In this document: piece by piece, positions 36,933 through 45,321 of the stretch
Position numbering within the stretch: the stretch's first letter is position 1
Layout: each line of letters begins with the position of its first letter
Source of the DNA: a virus
Strand: one strand, 5' to 3'
Virus record (IMG/VR): IMGVR_UViG_3300021964_000021
Coordinates: 32,001 to 96,000 of that record
DNA: 64,000 bases
Translations under genes and position numbers: made by a program
Notes under the pieces: model-generated
Database searches by the model: none
Told to the model about the DNA's origin: nothing
The model's input: only the letters and a program-made list of their open reading frames with translations

Positions 36933-39704
36933 ATGGCAACCTATCTTACACACCCATTTTATGATGAAGGCAAGTCGTCCATGTTTTGGACGGGTATTGT
37001 TGCACCTAGAGAAGTCTGGGCAAGAGATGATGAACTTCTTTCAGATCGCTCAGAACTTAAAAATTGGGGTTATCGTGTAAAGGTTAGGATAGAAGGAGTT
37101 CACTCTCCAGATAAAAACGTACAAAGTGATGACCAGCTCCCTTGGGTTGTGGTTGGTTCGTCAAGTGCAGGGTCTGGTCATAAAAAGACAGGACTAACAC
37201 CAGGGATTACTCAAGGATCAAAGGTTGTAGGTTATTGGGAAGACCCTGCAAAAAAAGAAGGACCAGTTTATCTTTATACTGTTCCAAATAATGATCAGCT
37301 TCTTCTGCCTAAGAATCAACCAGAGAATAATGGATTCATTCCTTATAGTGGATATAAGGATTGGGATCTTGTTGGTGGTCATTCTATTCCTGCATTTCAG
37401 GGTAATCCTTTAGAAGGTTTTACTTCTCCAAATATTATGTCACTCAGTGATAAGACAATGATGAAGGAACCATCCTTCCCCTTGTCTACTCCTACAGAGT
37501 GTGGGGAAAGTGAATTGAGTTCCATTGGAGTTTACATGAAGGAACTCATTGCAAAGATTGAGAGGGCAACTGATCAATTAAATAGTTGGGAGAGTGCTGC
37601 TCAAGGATGGATTGCTGATAAACAGAAGTGGATTAATGAGAAGGCAGCAGAAGCTTCTGAGTTTATATCTCTTGGATTAAAAAACTTATTTAAGGATATT
37701 AGGAAGTTTGTTGAAGAGCAAATTAATGAAAAAACTAAATTTTTAGCGGAACTTATAAATCCACCAGATAGAGATAAAGCAAAAGTTGCTAAGGATGCTC
37801 TGATTGAACTGATTGTTTGTCTGTTCAATAAAATGATTGGCAACCTTAAAGCAATGGTTGGCAACTTTTTGACTCAGATGCTTGATCGTTATATTAACGT
37901 TCCTGCATGTGCAGTTCAAAATTTTATTGCTAGTCTTTTAGGAAATACTCTTGGTGCTCTTACTGGTGCTATAAATTCAATTATTAATAATATATCTTCT
38001 CTACTTGGTGGTGCATTTAGTATTGCTGGAGCTATTCTTGGTATTCTTGGTCAAATTGCAGGATTCCTTGTTTGTGAAGAAAAGCAAGAGTGCCCAGATA
38101 CGAAAGAGTGGAATATCTTTGAAGGTGGATCTCCTCCAATAACTTTAGATTTAGATAGTATTATTAATCAAGCAAAGGGAATCGCAGCATCTGCATCAAA
38201 CTTAGTAGATATTGATAATCTTGCATCTATTGATTTTGATGGTCTAATTAGCGATGCAGTTCAGTCTATAAATGGTTGTAATGTTGGACCTTTATTTTGT
38301 GGACCACCTCAAGTAACCTTCTGGGGTGGTGGTGGATCTGGTGCGAGGGGTAATGCAATCGTCAGTGCTGCTGGAGAACTTTTGGGTGTTGATTTAATTG
38401 CTGGTGGTCTCGGATACAAAAAAGCACCAGGTATTCAAATTAAGGATAATTGTGGCAAGGGTGGTGGAGTTCGAGCTCAAGTAATAACTGCTCCAGATGG
38501 TGGAGTAGATCCTCAGACTGGGGATCCAACACTTAGAGTTGTTCAAGTTGTGATTAAAGATCCTGGTGGTGGATTTATATCTAGACCAAATGGAGATCTT
38601 GGTGGTGATGGTAGAGTCTGGGCACCATCAGATTATACTGTTGTTAAAAGAGGTGATGGAAGATGGGAGAAGTTTCCACCTGGAAGAGATTCTGATGAAG
38701 ATATTGATCCTCGTGAGGGAGACACTGTAATTCGTCCTGAAGATAGGGCGGTTTATGAGGGTGGAATTCCTATTATTGGACCAGGTGGCAGAATAACTCC
38801 AGGTGTAGGTGGTAGAGAAGATGATAGTGGAAGTGGAATCCCAACTGGAGAATCTCAAGAAGAAAGACTTGCAAGACTTAGAGGTACAACTACTATTCCA
38901 GGTACAGGTCCAGGTGGTGCAACTGAGTTTGATGCATTCCCAACTATAGATGTTGGAAGTTATCCTACAATTCTATACTTGTGCGATATTAATATTGAGA
39001 ATCATGGTATCAATTATAGCGATGGCGATCGAGTTGTTATTGAACCAAGCAATGGAACTGAAGTAGTTCCTACTTTTGGACCATTCGGTGTATTGCAGTC
39101 ACTTAGAATTGTAAAAGCTGGTAAGGGATTTGTTGAAAGACCTCTTATTTACATTGAATCAGAAACAGGTTATAATGCTATATTGAAACCAGTATTCTGT
39201 GTTGAGAGAATTGGTGATGATGTAGATGGCAATGTCCCAGAAGATCCTATTCTTGGTGGCATTGTATCTGTTGTAAATTGTGTTGGTATCATTGAGAATA
39301 AAGAATTTGCTGGTTATATCAATGGACAGCCATATTATGGACCAACACATCAACATAGGGGAGTGAAGATGGTTGGTGCTCAGCATACGCAGAGAGCACA
39401 TCCTTTAGTTTGGGATACTATTGGTGAAAGTTTATCTAATTATGATAATCGTTTCCAATGGTTAGATGGTAATTTACTTCAGGTTATACGACCAACAAGT
39501 ACAACATCACCAATATCATCACAACCATCTCCACCTTCAAGTTCAAACTCTGGAGGTCAATTGAACATGGGAACACAGGTTGTCGAGACTTCATCTTCTA
39601 CTCCAGCACAACCCTCTAGTGCTCCACCTTCACCAACTCCACCTTCACCAACCCCAACTCCACCATCACCTCCTTCTTCTGGTGGTGGAGGATACGGATA
39701 CTAA
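36933..39704 (+). CDS. gp5: Baseplate hub/spike protein gp5-like (OB-fold N-terminus)
   Basis: FWTGIV...RVKVRI.G.H...LPW and G..V.G. No lysozyme motif recognised. Pro/Ser-rich tail. Confidence 0.7.
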   Translation: MATYLTHPFYDEGKSSMFWTGIVAPREVWARDDELLSDRSELKNWGYRVKVRIEGVHSPDKNVQSDDQLPWVVVGSSSAGSGHKKTGLTPGITQGSKVVGYWEDPAKKEGPVYLYTVPNNDQLLLPKNQPENNGFIPYSGYKDWDLVGGHSIPAFQGNPLEGFTSPNIMSLSDKTMMKEPSFPLSTPTECGESELSSIGVYMKELIAKIERATDQLNSWESAAQGWIADKQKWINEKAAEASEFISLGLKNLFKDIRKFVEEQINEKTKFLAELINPPDRDKAKVAKDALIELIVCLFNKMIGNLKAMVGNFLTQMLDRYINVPACAVQNFIASLLGNTLGALTGAINSIINNISSLLGGAFSIAGAILGILGQIAGFLVCEEKQECPDTKEWNIFEGGSPPITLDLDSIINQAKGIAASASNLVDIDNLASIDFDGLISDAVQSINGCNVGPLFCGPPQVTFWGGGGSGARGNAIVSAAGELLGVDLIAGGLGYKKAPGIQIKDNCGKGGGVRAQVITAPDGGVDPQTGDPTLRVVQVVIKDPGGGFISRPNGDLGGDGRVWAPSDYTVVKRGDGRWEKFPPGRDSDEDIDPREGDTVIRPEDRAVYEGGIPIIGPGGRITPGVGGREDDSGSGIPTGESQEERLARLRGTTTIPGTGPGGATEFDAFPTIDVGSYPTILYLCDINIENHGINYSDGDRVVIEPSNGTEVVPTFGPFGVLQSLRIVKAGKGFVERPLIYIESETGYNAILKPVFCVERIGDDVDGNVPEDPILGGIVSVVNCVGIIENKEFAGYINGQPYYGPTHQHRGVKMVGAQHTQRAHPLVWDTIGESLSNYDNRFQWLDGNLLQVIRPTSTTSPISSQPSPPSSSNSGGQLNMGTQVVETSSSTPAQPSSAPPSPTPPSPTPTPPSPPSSGGGGYGY

Positions 39705-39718
39705 ACGTATAATAACAA

Positions 39719-40306
39719 ATGGCAGGACCAAAGATACATAACCCAATAGACTTGGGTAACGACTTCGGGCACATTAAATTTGGGCACATAACTCCTAGAT
39801 ATGAATATGCTGGAGTTTTAGTTCGCAATGGGCATCCAGGAATGTCTGCTGAGCACTACATGATGCTCATGTCTTCTGGTACGATGGCAGGAGGAACTAT
39901 CAATAGATGTCCTGGTGTTTATCAAATTCATTGTGGCGAAGATCCTGTTAATGACACTGCCATGGTGATAAATGCAGCAAGAGGTGATATAATTCTAAAG
40001 GCACCAAAAGGTAGAATCAGGTTAGATGCTAGAAATATTGATTTAAAAGCAACTGGTCCTAATAACCAGAGTGGACATATTAATATTGAATCTAATGAAA
40101 AAGTTACCATTAAATCTAAAAATATAGAGGTTAATGGTGATGCTGTTGCAAAATTTCTATCTTCAGGAACATGTGAATTAGTTGGTAATGCATCTCTTAA
40201 TTTTTATGGGGGTATGATTGATTGTGCTGATTCTGCAACAACTGTTAAACCATCTAAAGGAACATCGCCATTTGAATCTCAACAAAGAACTGGAGGATTT
40301 TTATAA
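39719..40306 (+). CDS. gp5 C-terminal-like beta-helix protein
   Basis: I.A..GDI.L.A..G.I.L.A.NI repeats; follows the gp5-like gene. Confidence 0.5.
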   Translation: MAGPKIHNPIDLGNDFGHIKFGHITPRYEYAGVLVRNGHPGMSAEHYMMLMSSGTMAGGTINRCPGVYQIHCGEDPVNDTAMVINAARGDIILKAPKGRIRLDARNIDLKATGPNNQSGHINIESNEKVTIKSKNIEVNGDAVAKFLSSGTCELVGNASLNFYGGMIDCADSATTVKPSKGTSPFESQQRTGGFL

Positions 40307-41076
40307 TGAAAGTACCTGATTTAGAAGTTAAAAAGACTCTATATGTTGGAGAGGGTGATCCTAGTGTCCCTCTAGGAAAGGGTCCTCTTCAAATTAGAGG
40401 AGGTGCTTATATTGAATCTCCAGCAGTCTTTGGAGCAATTCCACCATTTTTATTGGCTAATGTAAATATTGGACCAGCTATCAATCCAGATATTACAGTA
40501 CCTCCACTGATTCCTGGTGCTCTTTGTACAGGAATTAATAATCCATATTCTCTTGCAGTTCAAGGATCCTCAGCATTTTTGGGTGTTATTGATACTAACT
40601 CTAGCATTAATGCTGGAATGAATATCATCGCTCAGGGCGAGGTCATGTCTCGTTGTGGTGGACATATTTTATCTGCTAAGAAGAACTTTGACATTCCTCA
40701 CCCAACAAAAGAGGGATGGAGATTACGCCATACTTGTCCTGAGGGACCAACAAATGACGTATACATAAGAGGTAAACTTAAGAATAATAGTGTAATTGAA
40801 CTTCCTGAATATTGGAGAGAATTGGTAGATCCTGATTCAATTACAGTGTCTATTACTCCAGTTGGCAGTCATCAAGATATTATTATCCACAGAATTGAAG
40901 ACAATAGAGTCTTCCTTCACTCTGCTAAACCTATTAATTGTCATTATCATGTATATGGTGAGCGAGTAGATGGTGAGAAACTAATTCCAGAATATGAGGG
41001 TGCAACTCCCGCAGACTATCCAGGTAATAACGACGAGTATTCGGTGTCTGGATATCATTATGATACTAAGAGGTAA
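40306..41076 (+). CDS. Spike or short fibre-like structural protein
   Basis: KNFDIPHP...RLRH.C.EGP...IELPEYW..LVD; paralog of the next gene. Confidence 0.55.
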   Translation: MKVPDLEVKKTLYVGEGDPSVPLGKGPLQIRGGAYIESPAVFGAIPPFLLANVNIGPAINPDITVPPLIPGALCTGINNPYSLAVQGSSAFLGVIDTNSSINAGMNIIAQGEVMSRCGGHILSAKKNFDIPHPTKEGWRLRHTCPEGPTNDVYIRGKLKNNSVIELPEYWRELVDPDSITVSITPVGSHQDIIIHRIEDNRVFLHSAKPINCHYHVYGERVDGEKLIPEYEGATPADYPGNNDEYSVSGYHYDTKR

Positions 41077-41078
41077 TT

Positions 41079-41786
41079 ATGGCAGAATTTATTCCACAGC
41101 AATCTGATACATCTGATTGTGCAGATCGTCCTGTTAATGGAACCCCATCGTCAAAATATGATTACATTGTAAAATCTAGTACAGGTGATCCTGATTATCC
41201 AGCAGAGGCATGTACTCCATATCTTCTTTATAATGTTAAAGCTCAAAATCTTCAACTAGATAAGGATATTGTTGCTTGTCAAAATATTACCGCTGCTGGC
41301 ACGATCAAAGCATCGACCTTTAATGGTCAGATTAATGTACAATCTTGGAAGGGATTTGACATTACTCACCCCAATAAAGAAAATCATAGATTGAGGCACA
41401 TCTGTGCGGAAGGTCCTGAAGCAGGTGTTTATATTAGAGGGACACTAAAGGATAAAAATGTTATTGAACTTCCTTCTTATTGGGAAGGATTGATTGATCC
41501 AAATACAATTACGGTTACTTTGACTCAAATTGGATACTCTCAAGATCTAATTGTAGATAGAGAAATTCCTGAGTGGGGTAAAGTGATCAAGGTTAGATCT
41601 GGTTCTGGTGCTAATGTCTATTGCTTCTATGAAGTATGGGCAGCGAGAATTGATGGTGAACCTTTGATTGTTGAATATGAAGGTGCAACTCCTGCCGATT
41701 ATCCTGGCAGTGACAAGCAGTTTTCTATCTCTGGATATGATTATGATGCACGCGGTGATAAAAGCACTAAAGACATCAAATTATAA
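41079..41786 (+). CDS. Spike or short fibre-like structural protein (paralog)
   Basis: KGFDITHP...RLRH.C.EGP and EYEGATPADYPG are shared with 40306..41076. Confidence 0.55.
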   Translation: MAEFIPQQSDTSDCADRPVNGTPSSKYDYIVKSSTGDPDYPAEACTPYLLYNVKAQNLQLDKDIVACQNITAAGTIKASTFNGQINVQSWKGFDITHPNKENHRLRHICAEGPEAGVYIRGTLKDKNVIELPSYWEGLIDPNTITVTLTQIGYSQDLIVDREIPEWGKVIKVRSGSGANVYCFYEVWAARIDGEPLIVEYEGATPADYPGSDKQFSISGYDYDARGDKSTKDIKL

Positions 41787-41796
41787 GGAGTAATTT

Positions 41797-42546
41797 ATGG
41801 GAGTTGTTGTAGATAGATTGTCTGAAGAAAGAGATAATCTTATAAAATCGAATGATTCAATTCCTGATCGCCGTAAGCGAGTAACGGAAGATATTGCAAC
41901 ATTTGGTCCTCCCGCAGAGGCAACCACTAATAATACTCTGGTTAATATTAATTCTGGTAATTCTTTTAAGAATGATATTATTGCAATAGGTGGAAATGTT
42001 GGACTTGGATCTGTTAGATATGGTTCTAGTACCAGCAATATAACTTCTCAGTATGGATCTATTGTTGCTGGAGTTGGTACAACTACTGGTAATTTTACCT
42101 CAATCACTGGAATTGGATCAACTCAAGTCGTTGCATTTGGCAGAGTTAATGCTGATGTTGCGAAGATTTATGATTATCCAAATCTAACAAATTATAATAC
42201 GGATTTGGTGCTTGATGGTGAGGGTTTTGTTACTTTAACAGCATCTAATGTTGGGCAAGGAGTTAGCACTAGGGTTTATCAGTCTGGTGGATCTCAACTA
42301 GGACTTGTTTATGATATTACTGGACCTGCAGTTGATGTGACTTCGTTGATAAGTCAGTACAATACCGTGTGGGATAAATCTCAGAGTTATGCTGACGTTG
42401 CTACCAGGGCTCAAGAGTTAGTTGGTGACGCTCGTTTTGCTGATTGGGGTCTTTATAGGCAAGAGGCAAAAAATAACGTTGAGATTGGCAATCTCAATAC
42501 TTCTATTGGGATTGCTTCTGATACTACATATGGTGGTCCATGGTAG
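41797..42546 (+). CDS. Putative virion structural protein
   Basis: Gly/Thr-rich with GVGT motifs; AGGAG RBS. Confidence 0.5.
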   Translation: MGVVVDRLSEERDNLIKSNDSIPDRRKRVTEDIATFGPPAEATTNNTLVNINSGNSFKNDIIAIGGNVGLGSVRYGSSTSNITSQYGSIVAGVGTTTGNFTSITGIGSTQVVAFGRVNADVAKIYDYPNLTNYNTDLVLDGEGFVTLTASNVGQGVSTRVYQSGGSQLGLVYDITGPAVDVTSLISQYNTVWDKSQSYADVATRAQELVGDARFADWGLYRQEAKNNVEIGNLNTSIGIASDTTYGGPW

Positions 42547-42549
42547 GAG

Positions 42550-42578
42550 TTGACAACAACACCTGATCAGTGTATAAT
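42550..42578 (+). promoter_or_regulatory. Consensus sigma70 promoter driving the tRNA region
   Basis: TTGACA-N17-TATAAT. Confidence 0.85.
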
Positions 42579-42640
42579 ATAAAGGTAATCAGTTGAGGGG
42601 TCGCCCAAGTCTCAGTCTAGATCTCTTACAGATTACACTC

Positions 42641-42712
42641 GCGGAGTTAGTTCAGCGGTAGAACGCTATCCTTCCAAGTTAGATGTCGTCGGTTCGATTC
42701 CGATACTCCGCT
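42641..42712 (+). tRNA. tRNA-Gly(TCC)
   Basis: Acceptor GCGGAGT/ACTCCGC, D arm GTTC/GAAC, anticodon loop CTTCCAA, T loop TTCGATT. Confidence 0.9.
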
Positions 42713-42745
42713 TCCCCCTTCGGGGGCAATCATTATAAAAGGTCT

Positions 42746-42901
42746 ATGCGTCCAGAAACACGTAAATCGATGGAAATGTTGTTCACTGCAAAGTGGAATT
42801 TACCAAAAGCAGCAGAACATGCTAATCTGACTAATAAGGAAATGAAGATTACTTTTAATGAGTATTGTCATTTTCATCCACCAACTTATAAAGTATCTTA
42901 A
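42746..42901 (+). CDS. Small hypothetical protein
   Basis: MRPETRKSMEMLF.AKWNLPKAA, located between tRNAs. Confidence 0.55.
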   Translation: MRPETRKSMEMLFTAKWNLPKAAEHANLTNKEMKITFNEYCHFHPPTYKVS

Positions 42902-42932
42902 TAAACGTCATTTATTAAGAATACTTATTTTT

Positions 42933-43016
42933 GGGAGCGTGGCGGAATCGGTAGACGCACCAGACTTAAAATCTGTTGAGAATTATCTCGTGGGGGTTCA
43001 AGTCCCCCCGCTCCTA
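42933..43016 (+). tRNA. tRNA-Leu(TAA)
   Basis: Acceptor GGGAGCG/CGCTCCT, anticodon loop CTTAAAA, long variable arm, T loop TTCAAGT. Confidence 0.92.
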
Positions 43017-43094
43017 TTGGGAAGGAGTACCCAAAGACTCTATGTAGAAAGAGCGCCTTCCCTTAAAAACTAAATATTAGGAAACGGTAACAGT

Positions 43095-43397
43095 ATGAGT
43101 ACGAAGCTCAAGCTTACTAAAGCATACTGCTGGTACGATTCAATGGAATTGGGAGTACCAGAAAGAGTAGTCAAAATGTACTTCATAAATGGCATACCTT
43201 TTACCTGGGATGAATTGACAGAAGCAGAAGAAGAAAATTATTCTTGTAGAATTGCTGCTGACACACATAAACTTCGTTATACGCCAGAACACTTATTCCA
43301 ATCTTCTGGATATTTAATAATGGAAGAATGTCATCCTTGTTTTTTTGAATTGGAATTAGAAAATCCAGAAATGCTTGCTGAGTTAGATGAATCTTGA
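43095..43397 (+). CDS. Hypothetical protein
   Basis: ORF preceded by a CTAAATA late-promoter-like element. Confidence 0.55.
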   Translation: MSTKLKLTKAYCWYDSMELGVPERVVKMYFINGIPFTWDELTEAEEENYSCRIAADTHKLRYTPEHLFQSSGYLIMEECHPCFFELELENPEMLAELDES

Positions 43398-43938
43398 TTA
43401 TTCTAGAGAACCACATGCAATGTTCTCTGTTCCATTTTTTGTTGAAAAAGTTGATCTAGATAAGATTGACTTTAATGATAATCCTACTTTTGCCCCATCT
43501 TTTTTGAGTGGAGTAAATTCAAGCCTTTCTGGGGATTCTTTGACTGATGAAGCTTATGAATATTTGGGATCTATAATCTCAGAATGTATTGGTAGATTTT
43601 CTGATAAACCTTTTGCTATTGGTCAAGTATGGAGGAATGAATATAATAAAGAGGATTGGCAAGATCCTCATATTCATTCTGGTGCTCAATGGAGTTTTAT
43701 CATATATGATACCGTTCAATGTTCTAAAACAGTATTCATGAATCCTGCCAGGAAGGAATACATGAATCAATGGGGAATGTATGCCCATACTATTCCAATG
43801 GACTTTATTCCAGAAATTCCCTCTGGTGGTATGATTATATTCCCTTCCTGGGTCGAGCACTTTGTAATGTCTGGTAATGAAGGATCAACAATATCTGGGA
43901 ACATTTACCTTGTGGAACCTCCAGCAGGACCACAATAG
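43387..43938 (+). CDS. Putative 2OG-Fe(II) oxygenase
   Basis: QDPHIH, QWSFIIY, IIFPSWVEHFV and GSTISGNI. Confidence 0.7.
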   Translation: MNLDYSREPHAMFSVPFFVEKVDLDKIDFNDNPTFAPSFLSGVNSSLSGDSLTDEAYEYLGSIISECIGRFSDKPFAIGQVWRNEYNKEDWQDPHIHSGAQWSFIIYDTVQCSKTVFMNPARKEYMNQWGMYAHTIPMDFIPEIPSGGMIIFPSWVEHFVMSGNEGSTISGNIYLVEPPAGPQ

Positions 43939-43940
43939 AC

Positions 43941-44012
43941 GCCCTTGTAGCTCAGTGGTAGAGCAGCTGTCTTGTAAACAGCAGGTCGTCCGTTCAAATC
44001 GGATCGGGGGCT
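43941..44012 (+). tRNA. tRNA-Thr(TGT)
   Basis: Acceptor GCCCTTG/CGGGGGC, D arm GCTC/GAGC, anticodon loop CTTGTAA, T loop TTCAAAT. Confidence 0.9.
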
Positions 44013-44015
44013 TTT

Positions 44016-45131
44016 ATGTTTGACGCAGAAATATATAACTATGATTCTGATAAATATCGCTTTCGTGATATTATATTAGATTCTATTCATAAGTATTACC
44101 CAGATGTGGTTGATCTGGAACACCTTCATGAAATAGTTCCATATAAGCATATTGGGGATCTTGCTAAAAAAATTGGCAAGGATATTGCAGACACTGATTT
44201 TTATCAAAGATTTGATGAACTAATTGCTGAGAAAGTTCTTCCACTGTTGCCAACTGATGTTTTAGTGCAGAGGTTTGGTAATATTAGAATAACTGTTCCA
44301 GATCAAGATAAGGTTGGTACAGTTCTTCCATTCCACCAGGGTAAATGGGTTGGCAATGGTTTGGGGTTGAGAACAATATGGTTACCTTTTACTGATGCAT
44401 ATGAATCTAATTCTCTACAGATACTTGACATAGAGAAGAGTAGATGGATTACTGAGGGTTGTCTCAAAGAGAACTGGGATTATCAGAGATTCCAACACTT
44501 TTGTTTAAATCATTGTAAACCTGTTAACATAACTCAGAATCAGTTTTTGCTGTTCACTCAAGAGAATATTCATGGTGCGGTTCCCAACAGAACTGGTAAG
44601 ACTAGAATAAGTATTGATGTTAGAGTTCTGTTGAGGGATGGACAACCTCACAGGAAATGGCCAGGATCATATTTTAGAATACTTGGTGATACGGATATTC
44701 AGTCAAGGAGTGTTCCTATTCTGGATCACGAGAACGTTGTCATGTATGCAGAATATGATGGATTTAAAACTCAATATATAGATTTGTATTTCCAGACGTT
44801 GACAGTAAAAGAATATTGTCATAGGATGGGATATACGTTCCCCCATCAAACAGGTGATAACGAGGGAAGAAATCATGTATATTTGGAATATTTGATCAAA
44901 CAAGGTAATGTTGATCATATACTGATGTTCAGTATATTCTCTCTGCCTGATGATAAAGAGAGAAGACAGCATATTATGGAATTGGCTTTAGAGTTTAGAG
45001 TCAAACTCCACTTTGCTAACGAGGAATTTGTTCTCGATAGTCAAGATAACTTGGATAAGATTGAATATATACGCAATTTTACCAACGACTGGAGTAATCC
45101 TACGCATGAAAATAAATCTTTGGTACTCTAA
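44016..45131 (+). CDS. Two-domain protein: PhyH-like 2OG-Fe(II) oxygenase plus a sporadic-carbohydrate-cluster-like domain
   Basis: N-terminal PFHQ...IWLPFTD...HG..PN.TGKTRISID. C-terminal Q.L.VKEYC...MFSIFSLP...LHFANE. Confidence 0.55.
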   Translation: MFDAEIYNYDSDKYRFRDIILDSIHKYYPDVVDLEHLHEIVPYKHIGDLAKKIGKDIADTDFYQRFDELIAEKVLPLLPTDVLVQRFGNIRITVPDQDKVGTVLPFHQGKWVGNGLGLRTIWLPFTDAYESNSLQILDIEKSRWITEGCLKENWDYQRFQHFCLNHCKPVNITQNQFLLFTQENIHGAVPNRTGKTRISIDVRVLLRDGQPHRKWPGSYFRILGDTDIQSRSVPILDHENVVMYAEYDGFKTQYIDLYFQTLTVKEYCHRMGYTFPHQTGDNEGRNHVYLEYLIKQGNVDHILMFSIFSLPDDKERRQHIMELALEFRVKLHFANEEFVLDSQDNLDKIEYIRNFTNDWSNPTHENKSLVL

Positions 45132-45288
45132 AAGTATGCAACAGTGGCGCTGGACACTCGCACAAGAGTGTAGAAACGGCACTACAAAAGGGAGGCAACA
45201 TTCTGGTCAACAACCGTTCCTTAGGGATGCAATGAATGATGTTGCTAACACTGTTGAATATATTTTGAGTGCGACAGAGAATGAATAA
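45106..45288 (+). CDS. Small hypothetical cyanophage protein
   Basis: MKINLWYSKSMQQWRWTL...AMNDVANTVEY. Confidence 0.55.
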   Translation: MKINLWYSKSMQQWRWTLAQECRNGTTKGRQHSGQQPFLRDAMNDVANTVEYILSATENE

Positions 45289-45321
45289 ATAAATCATAGC
45301 AAAAGCATCTAGTGGAATAAA

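Noticed and set aside
39600-39700. CCACCTTCACCAACT-like short repeats
   Set aside because: They encode a low-complexity Pro/Ser/Thr tail, not a DNA repeat element.
42683-43073. ORF-track ORFs 42683..42901 (5' part) and 42858..43073
   Set aside because: They overlap well-formed tRNA genes. Only 42746..42901 was kept.
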